A stretch of DNA of 64,000 bases from Octopus sinensis (lineage: Eukaryota). Below are positions 43,658 to 56,181 of this stretch, in pieces. The notes under the pieces were generated by a model that worked only from the letters and a program-made list of their open reading frames with translations, ran no database searches and was not told where the DNA came from. The stretch is taken from contig NC_042997.1 of NCBI RefSeq assembly GCF_006345805.1, positions 149,172,001-149,236,000 on the forward strand. The letters are read 5' to 3'. A program made the translations under genes and the position numbers. Position 1 is the first letter of the stretch. Each line of letters begins with the position of its first letter.

Positions 43658-43976
43658 AACATACATGTACACTGCAACATAATTTCTTTTCCTCAACAGA
43701 CCCTGCCCTATTTAACATTGTCCCGAGGGAGATCAAAGAGGAAAAGGGTCCCATCAACTTCAAACAGAGTCTGGATAGATTCCTTCAAAGAATACGAGAT
43801 AAGCCACCCATAATTGGATACAACTCACCCAACAAGAACTCACTACTTGAACAAAACTTGACTTAAACAGGATTCGAATAATCCTATCAGGTGGTGGTAT
43901 TAAGTTAGACATGGCCTGGACCGATCTCTGGTCGAAACATATCTAAGTTTATCTAAATTTATCTAAGTCTAAGTTT
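43654..43976 (+). mobile_element. 3' end of a second CR1/L2-group LINE family, with (ATCTAAGTTT)n tail
   Basis: HNFFSSTDPALFNIVPREIK...FKQSLDRFLQRIRDKP...NSLLE aligns with GPQLFNILPKNLR...FKMKLDLFLSGVPDEP...NSLMH of the 18.3-18.5 kb ORF2 end. Confidence 0.8.
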
Positions 43977-44428
43977 ATATGTGTATATGTGTGTGTATAT
44001 GTATGAATATGTGTATGTATGTGTGTATGTATGTGTGTGTGTGTGTATATATATGTTAAAGTGTGTATGTATATATATATATATATATATAGGTATGTAT
44101 ATGTATGTATATATATATATGTGTGTATATATATATATGTGTGTGTGTATGTATATATATATGTATATATATGTATATATGTGTGTGTGTATACATGTGT
44201 GTATGTATGTATGTATATATATGCGTGTGTATGTGTATGTGTATATGTACATATGCGCGTACGCTCGTGTGTTTATGCATATGTAGGTACGTAGAGTTAT
44301 CTATGTATGTATTTATATGTACATGTGTGTGAGTATGTATATATATGTATATATGTATGTGTATGTGTGGTGTGTATAATATATATGTATGTATATAGTA
44401 TGTGTATGTGTATGTGTATATATGTATG

Positions 44429-44485
<57 letters not shown>

Positions 44486-45715
44486 ATATATATATATATG
44501 GTGTGTAAGTTTATATGTATGTATCCGTCTATATAATAGGTAACTGCACGTACATATACTTAATATTATTATTTATTTTTTGAGTATGCATGTACGAATA
44601 ACTGCGCGTATATATTTTACTATTTACTTATTTTTTGAGTATGCATGTAAGTATGAATATAAGGAGGCGCGTGTGTGTGTGTGTATGTGTAAGCATAGAT
44701 ATATGTATACTTTTACGCATGTGTGTACTTATGTGTATATATGGATGCGCGCGTGTGTGTGTGTGTATGGGTACGCATGTACATGTGTATGTGCGTGTAG
44801 TGATATATATGTATATGTGTGTGTATGCGTATGTGTGTGTATATGTGTGTGTGTGTATATGTGTGTTATATATATGTGAATATATATATATATATATTAT
44901 ATATATATATATGATGTATTATATACATGTATGTATTTGTATGTATGTGTATATGTATGTGTATGTATTTATATTTATGGGTGTATATATATAGACTAGC
45001 CTTCTAAGAGTGTAGACATAAATCTGTAGGTACGCGTACGTATGTGTATATACGTGAATGTATGTAGATGGATGTATGTATGAATATAAGCGTGCGTGCG
45101 TGTATGTGTATGAGTGTACGAATGAGTGAGAGTACGTGCTAAAGAGTGTGCGTGAGTGAATGAGTGCTTGTTTTCCAGTAGACAGATAAACGGACTGGCT
45201 GTCAGCGGCCAAAGATAACAAAAGTAATAAACGAAGATAATAAAATTAAAATTAGGGAATGGGTCTGTATTTGTATGTGTATATATATGTGTGTATGTGT
45301 AGGTTTGCATAGGTACACATATGTATATATATACATGTATGTATATGTATGTGTGTGTATATATGTGTGTGTGTATGTGTATATATGTGTATATAGGGAC
45401 TAGTGTGCTGTGTGTGCATGTGTGTGTGTGGATATGTGTGTGTATGCGTGTATGTGAGTATGTGTGTGTATGTGTATATATATTTTTCTGTGCGTATATG
45501 TATGTGAGGTCGTGTGTGTATATATACACATGTGTGTATACGTGTATGCATGTGAGTGTGTGTATGTATACATATATGTGTATGTGTAGATATGTATATG
45601 TATGTGTATGTGTAAGTGTATGTATATGTATATATATGTGTGTGTATGTATGTGTGTATGTATATGTATATATGTTTGTATGTGTGTGTATGTATGTATA
45701 CATGTGTGCATAGGT
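43977..45715. repeat. Degenerate (TA/TG)n microsatellite field
   Basis: Direct reading. It is the source of many spurious ORFs. Confidence 0.9.
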
Positions 45716-46118
45716 ATAAGTGAGAATCTCCTTATTTACCTAAAACTCTATTCCCCCTTTTTTTATATATAGGTTTTTTTTATATATAGGTTCTTTTATT
45801 TTTTTATTTTATTTTATATAATTTTTTTATTTTTTTATTTATTCTTCAATCTAATTTAACACTGACTCCTTGACCACCCCCCAGTATGATATTTTGCGCT
45901 ATGCCTACCCCCAATAAGTCCCCCACCAACACCCCGTTAAACCTGCCTAAATGTATAAATGCCAATACAATTCTTGTTAACTAGCTTCCTGAAGATTTCT
46001 CTTGAATGAAACAGTTCTAGTCCTGTAGAAGCTCCTTCTATATAATAATTAATTTTACTCTGCTATGTGATTGAGTACCTTATTTACTGTGGTTAACCCC
46101 GAATCAACCCGGGACCTA

Positions 46119-46155
<37 letters not shown>

Positions 46156-46208
46156 GGAAAGAGGAGAAACTAATTATCCCCACGTGGTGAATTGTAATGC
46201 AATATAGA

Positions 46209-46273
<65 letters not shown>

Positions 46274-46780
46274 ATATAAGTAAGAAAATTACACAGAGTT
46301 TACTTAGTTTTAATATAATTTTAGTATCTTTTATACGTGAAAGAGTATTGTGTTCCAGTTTCGCTTTCGCTAATCATGACATTGACATTATTGTATTTTT
46401 TGTATTTCCTTACGTAGATTTTAGTCCATGTTGCATGTAGGGGTTTGTGAATTAAATGAGTCAATACTTAGAAAAATCTAAGGAGAGGTAATTGCTATTC
46501 ACTATTATTTTGGACAGGGGAGGCAATGAGTGTATATGCCATATTTCTGATGGTTGCAAAAAGAAATACCACGTACCTACAAATCATTAGTTCTTACATA
46601 TCACATCCAGGATTGTAAAAATGTATATCCAATAAATTAACACAGCCGCATTCGGTTACTATATAAGCAATCTGTTCGGTCTGTTCGAAGGCGAGAATGT
46701 GTTAGATGACTACTGATGAAAGCGCCAAAACGCCCGAAAATGGCATAAAGAACTGGTCCGAAAAGTTTCGATACCGCCTC

Positions 46781-46825
<45 letters not shown>

Positions 46826-47160
46826 ATCGAACAGACTGAAACATGTTCTAGCATATAGCTGGTCACAATGCGCTCCAAATCTGTCTTGTTGCGCCATATA
46901 TACATATTGACGGAAAATAACACAGGTTTTGTTTTCATGCAATTTCAGTGTAATACTAATAAATATGACGCTATCGCATTGAATCAATGTATTCGTGTAA
47001 GTATAGTATTATGAGCTTTGAACGAGAGCAATAAAAACAAAATATTAGGTAGCTATGGAATATTATTCGAACGCCATTAATAATTCATCATTTCAACAAC
47101 GTTTATTGTAATTATATGATGTAAGATTAAGTACAACTTTTCGATCACTCAAACTTCCAG

Positions 47161-47233
47161 GTTTGTCTAGTCAGAGTACTTGATGCAAGAACCTACCATT
47201 ATTACACACGATTCATAATCCATCCAACTACAG
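47161..47233 (+). CDS. Putative exon (VCLVRVLDARTYHYYTRFIIHPTT)
   Basis: Acceptor caaacttccag, donor CAG|gtatgt, 73 nt, only frame 0 open, phase 0-1. Confidence 0.55.
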
Positions 47234-47622
47234 GTATGTTATGTTTTCAGTTTCATTACATAAATGTCGGTGAAGATGTAAAAATATAAACTATGTAGTT
47301 GTAAAATATCTAAACGCCAATATACACATGCACCAATAGTCCTATATATTGCCCCTCGTCCAGAACACTGAACAACACAAGAGATGTACTAAATTATGTG
47401 TGTGTATGTATATACATATGTGTGTGTGTGCGTGTATGTTTGTGTGTGGCTGTGTGTGAAATTATATATAAATGTGTATTTATACATATGGATATATACA
47501 TACATCATATATATATATATGTATATATGTATATATATATGTGTGTGTGCGTGTATGTTTGTGTGCGGTTGTATGTGAATATATATAAATGTGTATTTAT
47601 AAATATGAATATATACATACAT

Positions 47623-47656
<34 letters not shown>

Positions 47657-48836
47657 GTGTGTGTGTGTGTGTGTGTGTGTGCGTGCGTGTATGTTTGTGT
47701 GTGGTTGTGTGTGAATATATATAAATGTGTATTTATACATATGAATATATATATACATAATATATATATATATGTATATATATATATAATATGTGTGTGT
47801 ATGTATGTATACATATACGTTTGTGTGTGTTTGTGTGTGTGCATGTGTACACATAAACACTAGATTAGTATACTCCACATTACGTAAGGACTAGAATATT
47901 GAAAATGTTAAAAAAGAAAAAGTTAAACATTTTTTTGATTTATCACCGTATTTGCTTGAAACCTAAATTCAATATAACCATATAAACATAGACTCCGGCA
48001 AACAAACAGTCAGATCAATGAGATCATCTTGAAAACCATACAATGATAAATATCAGTTGCGAAAAGAGTATAATTAGAATTGTCTAAATCGAAATGTGGA
48101 AGGACAACTAAATGTGATAATAATAAGAGAATCTGGGAATGAAAAATCAGTATTTTATAGATGGTAGCAATTTCATTCGACGATAAAGCGTAGAATTATA
48201 ATGGGATGCTAGGTAAAAATTTCATGGTAGAGAAAAAATTCAGAAAACAAAAGTAATTTGGGAATAATATTAACAATCACATATATACGTTCATAATGCA
48301 CTTATATACTAAAACAAATGCATATGTATAGAGAATAATGTTTTATCATATATATAATAAGGAAAACAATATAAAGGTAATGCGATATAAAAATGGTTTT
48401 GAAGCATGAAATGCATGAAGCAAAATTTAGGCTCAACTTAAATATATGCATTATATAAATAACAATTTGTAGGAAGTTTTCCAATATAATAATAACAATC
48501 GCAGCAAACAATACAGATATTGTAAAAGAGCCAAAAATTTGCGAATATTAAAATTAATGGAAACCGTGGAATCAATAATACATAAAGTATGATTGTCTTC
48601 ATTCGTTTTATAGAATATGATTATAAAATAAAATTAAGATATAGGTGATTTATTGATGGTAATCGTATATAACGAAATAACAGGAAATTGTCGTCCTTGG
48701 ACATAAAAAGAGTGTTACATTACTAAGGGAGGAATTTCAACTAGGCATAATTTGCTCCTCTTGCATATTATGGTAAATCTGCATTGTCTCAGACATACAA
48801 ACAAACATACATACATACATATATACATACATAAAA

Positions 48837-48915
<79 letters not shown>

Positions 48916-48917
48916 TA

Positions 48918-50895
48918 TAAAACATTATTGTGAATTGAAGAAATGGAGCTGAACGCAGATTGAACAGAAATCGTTTTATTTCATTCTACACGTGTTTCGA
49001 AAGGCACAATTACCAAAATCCGATTGAATAATGGGACCATATTGTGTCTTTCTCTTCAGGAAGAAAATAGGAATCCGTTGGAAAAACAAAAAACAGAACA
49101 GGGGCGGAGCAAAAACAAATCGGACTATGCTCCTAAGAGCCCATGGCGAAACTGTTTATCAGTGTATGTTGAGAACCGGTGGCTGAAGAATTTAACGGGT
49201 CAGGCATCGGTCAATCATGTGGGTGAGGGTGTGGGTGGTCTTTGTGACCGAAAATAAAGTTCTGACTATTTAAGGAATATTGGATGTTTTATAAGGGGCG
49301 AGAAAAAATCTACTTAGAGACGTGTGTGTATACTGTTCATATATGTTGTGTTGGCGTAGGGGTAGAAAACATTTTTTGTGTACGTGTGTGCGTTTGATCG
49401 TTCGGCTGTCAGTGGCTACTGCCGCGAGAACCGTTGGGGGCAGAAAAAAAATATATAATATGTTTTATGTGTGTGTGTGTTCATCTAAGCTGCATTGTCA
49501 GGAAAACCCCCCGCTGTGAAAAAACCAAGCCCCGTTTGTCTAACAGGAGTAATTCCCCTTGCAGTGGTTAATCGTAGATATCTTAAAGGCTATTTCAGAA
49601 TTTGTTACCAAGGGCTATGGGTGCCGGTATTATTTATAACGCTATTAAAAGCCAGATAAGTGTAACGCTGCCAATGGGGGCATCGAAAAGCCGACTGTAA
49701 AAGCCCGTTTACCATCCGGCCATTGGCAAACAAAATATGGAAGAGTTCGGAGACACAAAGGTTGCACTGCCTTTTCTGCCCCTATCAAATGGGAGGGCCA
49801 CCGACAAAATTGACCATTCCAGCCTGTAGCTTAAGTTCGTATCCTTCAGTCGCCATATTAGCTTACTGAGTCCCGTGGTCTGGCGCTTGTTCATGTCCCG
49901 AAAAGTTGCGTAATGGTTGGAGACACGCAAAGACAATCTTGAGGATGAGGCCCCTACATAAGTGAAGACATCTGAGTCCGTGTAAACCTTGCATGTGGTA
50001 GACGGCGTTTTTGATCTTGGAGTTCGCCGACGTGAATCTTATTCTGCTAGGATTAGTTTCTGAAATTAGAACTGCGTCCTGTCACTATATTCGTTCCGAG
50101 ACCTGCAGCCGCTTACTACTCTATTTTCCACTACGTCACTATTAACTATAGGAATACCCCTGATTCTCCACTATCTATCAGGGTGCTGTCATTGCTACTG
50201 CCCGTGGTGCTGCTATTGCGGGAAATGATGCTGGGGATGCTATTGGGGCTCTCTACCCTACTTCATTGTTACCGTCAACCACAACACCCCTATTTATAAC
50301 TATACCCTAGTGGGTACTCCCTGGCTGGAGCTGAGATTATGTGTCACTGTACTGGCTCTCATATCATTATTACTACTATAATTATTCCTACTGAGCATTA
50401 AACCGGGAGCGGAAGAGGCTGTGCCTCCGGAAAAAGGTGATAGGGTCTTAGTAGTAGCCTATTATTATGGGAGGCGATTATCTGGGCGAGGTTTTTAGTG
50501 TTGGAGAAAGCTATCCTAACTTTATGCGAGTTAACCGTGGAGTAATATTTGGAATTTCTGGGGAAGTTATTGGCGATGGCTTGTCTAAACATGAGGGAGA
50601 GGTTAGTTCTAATCTGCTTACCAAAGGGGATTACAAACCATATATGCTTATTCCTATCAGTGTGATGGGTCGGGACGCCAGCTCTCGCGTTCGGGTGGGT
50701 GATTCTCGGATGAATAACGGGTCTTGGGGTAGTGTAAGACCTCCCGGACCGATAATTATCCTTGTTCGCTAAATTAAATGCGGGAGCGACTACCCCGGCA
50801 TCCGCCGCGCTCCCGTCCTTACTTAAAATGTTAATGTTATTATATACGGCCCTATCCTGATGACCGAATGATGGCATCGGAAGGGCCGGATCAAT
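48918..50895 (-). pseudogene. Inverted partial PLE copy (thumb, linker, GIY-YIG, 3' UTR)
   Basis: ORFs 50398..50877 and 49709..49936 (-) match the + copy, with lesions at different positions. Confidence 0.9.
48977..49069 (-). ncRNA. Type I hammerhead ribozyme motif (inverted-arm copy)
   Basis: Reverse complement of the motif at 54401-54494, with all core nucleotides and stems preserved. Confidence 0.8.
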
Positions 50896-51085
50896 CTGCG
50901 TTCAGCTCCATTTCTTCAATTCACCAATAATATTTTAATTTCAATTATCCGCACCAACGCACGGTTGCAACACCATATGGTTGTACCTCCAACCGTGCTG
51001 TTTACTGCTGTGATTTTTGCTACTAAGGTATCGGTTAAACTTTTGATTAATCTACTACAAGATTATTCATCTTTCTATTTCACAT
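50891..51085 (+). repeat. Upstream pseudo-LTR (truncated, lacks the ribozyme)
   Basis: Direct repeat of 54508-54702. Confidence 0.9.
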
Positions 51086-51133
51086 AATACATACCGCTTC
51101 GTCAAGAAACTGCTACTTTAACCGATACCAATA

Positions 51134-53821
51134 ATGGAGTTGTTCGAGATTGATGCGTCCCTTAAGGATATTCCTATACCACCGAAGGATGCCTTCCTTA
51201 AGGAGTTGGTTTGTAAAACCAACGCATTCATAAACCGGATAAGATGGCTCATTTTCTTCCACGAGAACGAAGATCTAAAATCGAACCGAACAACAGCATC
51301 GTCCGAATACGGCCGGAATTTTTAAAACATTGGATATGCCGCCACCAACCCAAGACTGAAGAAGTTTGAGGACGACTTGTGTGACATAGTTAGAAAGATT
51401 AAGTTCAGGAAGTCACCCAGGAGAAATGCCCACCTCAGATACCTAGATAAAATTACCAAGGACATAATAGAACGGACGGAATCCTGGTCCAGTCCGACAA
51501 GACCAGGAACACATACAAGATGCCCATTAAGCAGTACCTAGATTTACTCGGTAAAGAGATCAAGAAAAATTATAGAAAACCAATTGGAGTACCCTGAGGA
51601 AGGTAAACTTGGAAATTAAGGAAATAATATTTAAACAACCGAATTCAAATGAGAACTCAGACGCTTAGACCTAAGCAACCCAGATTATAGTGAAGGACCA
51701 TAAACCGAACTCCACACCAACCAGCGCTAAGACTCATATGCCCTGCTAGATCTGATATCGGGATAATCAGTAAGTACATTTTAGATAAATATATCCCTAG
51801 TTTAGAAAACAAGCTGAAGCTCAGCCTCTGGGCCAACTCCTCGCAGGTAGTGAAGTGGTTCTCTTCCATTCCCAATAAGAACCGTACTAGGTTCATTCAG
51901 TTTGATATCGCCAGCTTCTACCCCTCGATTAACCCTAGTGTGCTAAATAAGGCCCTCTGGCATGCTCACAACAAGGCTGGCCTCACCAGAGAAGAGATAG
52001 ATATCATTTTAGTTGCCAGGAAATCGTTTATTAAGTTTGATAATAAGTTGTGGATCCGTAAAGATACTCCCAATGAATTTGATGTGCCTATGCGTAGTTC
52101 GGATAGTGCGCAGATAGCCGATTTGGTCGGAATATATATTCTCTACGAATTGTCCGACCTTCCCGGAGATCGCGGGCGCCTGTATCGTGACGATTGTCTT
52201 GTTTTACCTGCAAAACACCACGAACAGAATAGTGCAGAAAACTAAGAGCAGGTTAGCTAGGTTTTTAATAATAGAATGGGCATGAGTATAGTTTTTGATA
52301 GTGAACTCACCAAGGCTAATTTCCTAGACGTTACACTTAACCTTAATAGCGACTCATACTGCCCTTACCATAAGCCTTCCACTAATTTGAAGTATGTCAG
52401 TGTCTTCTCAAATCATGCATGCCAAAACCGTAACAGACAATTTGGTTAAAAACACATCTCTCTAAGAATGTCTGGCTTGTCCGCCAGTGCCGATATTTTT
52501 ATGCAGAAAGCGGAATTTTATAACGCCGCACTATCCAAGGCCGGTTATAGGCAGAAGGTAATTTATATTGATCCGGCCCTTCCATGCCATCATTCGGTCA
52601 TCAGGATAGGGCCGTATATAATAACATTAACATTTTAAGTAAGGACGGGAGCGCGGCGGATGCCGGGGTAGTCGCTCCCGCATTTATTTAGCGAACAAGG
52701 ATAATTATCGGTCCGGGAGGTCTTACACTACCCCAAGACCCGTTTTTCATCCGAGAATCACCCACCCGAACGCGAGAGCTGGCGTCCCGACCCATCACAC
52801 TGATAGGAATAAGCATATATGGTTTGTAATCCCCTTTGGTAAGCAGATTAGAACTAACCTCCCCCTCATGTTTAGACAAGCCATCGCCAATAACTTCCCC
52901 AGAAATTCCAAATATTACTCCACGGTTAACTCGCATAAAGTTAAGATAGCTTTCTCCAACACTTAAAACCTCGCCCAGATAATCGCCTCCCATAATAATA
53001 GGCTACTTACTAAGACCCTATCACCTTTTTCCGGAGGCACAGCCTCTTCCGCTCCCGGTTTAATGCTCAGTAGGAATAATTATAGTAGTAATAATGATAT
53101 GAGAGCCAGTACAGTGACACATAAACTCAGCTCCAGCCAGGGAGTACCCACTAGGGGTATAGTTATAAATAGGGGTGTTGTGGTTGACGGTAACAATGGG
53201 AGTAGGGTAGAGAGCCCCAATAGTATCCCCAGCATCATTTCCCGCAATAGCAGCACCACGGGCAGTAGCAATGACAGCACCCTGATAGATAGTGGAGAAT
53301 CAGGGGTTATTCCTATAGTTAATAGTGACGTAGTGGAAAATAGAGTAGTAAGCGGCTGCAGGTCTCGGAACGAATACAGTGACAGGAACGCAGTTCTAAT
53401 TTCAGAAACTAATCCTAGCAGAATAAGATTCACGTCGGCGAACTCCAAGATCTAAAACGCCGTCTACCAATGCAAGGTTTACACGGACTCAGATGTCTTC
53501 ACTTATGTAGGGGCCTCATCCTCAAGATTGTCTTTGCGTGTCTCCAACCATTACGCAACTTTTCGGGACATGAACAAGCGCCAGACCACGGGACTCACTA
53601 AGCTAATATGGCGACTGAAGGATACGAACTTAAGCTACAGGCTGGAATGGTCAATTTTGTCGGTGGCCCTCCCATTTGATAGGGGCAGAAGGCAGTGCAA
53701 CCTTTGTGTCTCCGAACTCTTCCATATTTTGTTTGCCAGAGGCCGGATGGTAAACGGGCTTTTACAGTCGGCTTTTCGATGCCCCCATTGGCGGCGTTAC
53801 ACTTATCTGGCTTTTAAATAG
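51134..53821 (+). pseudogene. PLE ORF (RT plus C-terminal GIY-YIG endonuclease) with frameshifts and stops
   Basis: Motifs SLKDIPIP...RIRW, SDKTRNTYKM, KDHKPN...LICPARSDIG, FIQFDIASFYPSI, LYRDD, NFLDVTLNL, HIWFVIPF...FPRNS...SHN, AVYQC...TYVGAS, WSIL...CNLC and RCPH. The pattern resembles, from memory, Hydra-type C-terminal-EN PLEs. Confidence 0.9.
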
Positions 53822-54400
53822 CGTTTATAAATAATACCGGCACCCATAACCCTTGGTAACAAATTCTGAAATAGCCTTTAAGATATCTACGATTAACCAC
53901 TGCAAGGGGAATTACTCCTGTTAGACAAACGGGGCTTGGTTTTTTCACAGCGGGGGGTTTCCTTGACAAGGCAGGCTTAGATGAACACACACACACATAA
54001 AACATAATATATATTTTTTTTTCTGCCACCCAACGGTTCTCGCGGCAGTAGCTACTGACAGCCGAACGATCAAACGCACACACGTACACAAAAAATGTTT
54101 TCTACCCCTACGCCAACACACACATATATAGAACAGTATACACACACGTCTCTAAGTAGATTTTTTCTCGCCCCTTATAAAACATCCAACATTCCTTAAA
54201 TAGTCAGAACTTTATTCTCGGTCACAAGAACACCCACACACCCTCACCCACATGATTGACCGATGCCTGACCCGTTAAATTCTTCAGCCACCGGTTCTCA
54301 ACATACACTGATAAACAGTTTCGCCATGGGCTCTTAGGAGCATAATTCGATTTGTTTTTGCTCCGCCTCTGTTCTGTTTTTGTTTTTCCAACGGATTTCC

Positions 54401-54494
54401 TATTTTCTTCCTGAAGAGAAAGACACAATATGGTCCCATTATTCAATCGGATTTTGGTAATTTGTGCCTTTCGAAACACGTGTAGAATGAAATA
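54401..54494 (+). ncRNA. Type I hammerhead ribozyme motif in the PLE 3' region
   Basis: Helix I 54401-54410 pairs with 54485-54494. CUGAAGA core at 54411-54417. Helix II 54418-54428 pairs with 54462-54472 (10 of 11 pairs). GAAA at 54473-54476. Minimal helix III AC-ACGU-GU is palindromic. The GUA cleavage triplet is at 54482-54484. Confidence 0.82.
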
Positions 54495-54507
54495 AAACGA
54501 TTTCTGT

Positions 54508-54699
54508 TCAATCTGCGTTCAGCTCCATTTCTTCAATTCACCAATAATGTTTTAATTTCAATTATCCGCACCAACGCACGGTTGCAACACCATATGGTTG
54601 TACCTCCAACCGTGCTGTTTACTGCTGTGATTTTTGCTACTAAGGTATCGGTTAAACTTTTGATTAATCTACTACAAGATTATTCATCTTTCTATTTCA

Positions 54700-54702
<3 letters not shown>
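54508..54702 (+). repeat. Downstream pseudo-LTR portion shared with the upstream copy
   Basis: Direct repeat of 50891-51085, ending at (TA)n. Confidence 0.9.
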
Positions 54703-54749
<47 letters not shown>

Positions 54750-54844
54750 TATATGTATGTATATGTGTGTATGTATACTTATGTATATACATATACGCAC
54801 AAACATATCTAATAATTGCTGTCTGTCTGTATGTATCTATACAA

Positions 54845-54898
<54 letters not shown>

Positions 54899-55631
54899 TT
54901 ATATATATATATATATATATAATAAATGTCTCATTTATAACTACATATTGACCTACCATAAAAGGCTAATATGAGTAAAATGAGACATACTTATCTACAT
55001 GGCCGAAACAGCTGTAAGATGTCATCTATATTTATATTTAAATTTACTTATATTTATATTCTCTTATATAAATTCTACTTATTGTATAACATTACTCTTC
55101 TATGTACACTTTTTATGTATACTCCTTTATGTACACTGTTTTGCTCTACTTTTTTATGTTTAACCCTATAGTTTCTTATGTGGTGGTTTAATAAAGTATG
55201 TGATTGAGTATTATCTGGTAATTGATATTTGATTTAGATGTATTTTTCCTTTTTCTTATTTTGTATTATGAATTTGTGGTAAAACATTTTACCTTTGCCC
55301 ATATGATACAGTAGATGAATTGATTGCATCGCAATCCTTAACATTTATGTTGGGTAGTTCACTAGCAGTATATTGGATATATGTTATCCCATGGAGGGTT
55401 GCATTTACAACCCCTTTCTCAAGTTGTATATATATATATATTATATATAATATATATATATATATATATACTAGAAATATATATATATATGTTAATAATA
55501 CCTGTAAAGAGGTGCTTTTTCCATATATATATCAGCAACTCTATTTCGCTTAAAATATATATAGTATTTGCAAATTTGTGTCGCTTAAGAAATAGATAGT
55601 ATATGGGAGTGGAAAGGTGTTTTGTCATTAG

Positions 55632-55692
55632 CCAATGGTTTTCTCACACTGGGGACGGGTGACATCCAGAAACCTAGGCCTGTTACGTTCAC
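55632..55692 (+). CDS. Putative exon (A-NGFLTLGTGDIQKPRPVTF-T)
   Basis: Acceptor gttttgtcattag, donor AC|gtaagg, 61 nt. The phase 1-2 reading links the exons at 47161 and 56157. Confidence 0.45.
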
Positions 55693-55916
55693 GTAAGGCT
55701 AGAAATGTAAGCGATGATCTCCATTGAAAACGCTATACAGACACACTGTTTGTCGATAGTCAGTAGGAAAATATATTTTCCTCTGGCTAAAAAACAGTAC
55801 CATCATTACATTATAGGACTGCCACATTCTGTTGGTATATTAACATTACTATCCAGTACTGTTAGTGTATATCTCTCGCTCTGGAATTTAAAACAAGTTC
55901 TTTCTCTCTGTCTCTC

Positions 55917-55996
<80 letters not shown>

Positions 55997-56156
55997 ATAT
56001 ATATATATCCTTCAATTATCGTGTCGTATATAAGTGTGTATATATAGTACTCTGCTCTCAGATATGCGTGTGTATATCTGAGAGTAGAGTACTAGAGTAC
56101 GTGTTTCTTTTGTTGAAATGTATTTGCCTTTCTCTTTCGCTCTATTTTATTTTTAG

Positions 56157-56181
56157 GGACTTTAGCTCTAAGTTGAAATAA
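56157..56181 (+). CDS. Putative terminal coding exon (DFSSKLK*)
   Basis: Very strong acceptor ccttttctctttcgctctattttatttttag, phase-2 start, TAA at 56179-56181. Confidence 0.4.

Larger units (their letters stand above)
48918..54702. mobile_element. Penelope-like retroelement complex: inverted 5'-truncated copy plus near full-length copy with pseudo-LTRs, inserted in (TA)n
   Basis: Arms 48918-50895 (-) and 52567-54554 (+) are inverted repeats. Segments 50891-51085 and 54508-54702 are 195-bp direct repeats. RT and GIY-YIG motifs lie between them, and (TA)n tracts flank both sides. Confidence 0.92.

Noticed and set aside
46703-46770. CTGATGA...GAAA resembling another hammerhead
   Set aside because: Helix II lacks a closing pair (A opposite C), and no helix III, cleavage triplet or helix I can be formed.
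50467-53448. ORFs antisense to the PLE (50467..50772, 52688..52993, 53080..53448)
   Set aside because: They are shadow frames of the retroelement ORF and are duplicated only because of the inverted repeat.
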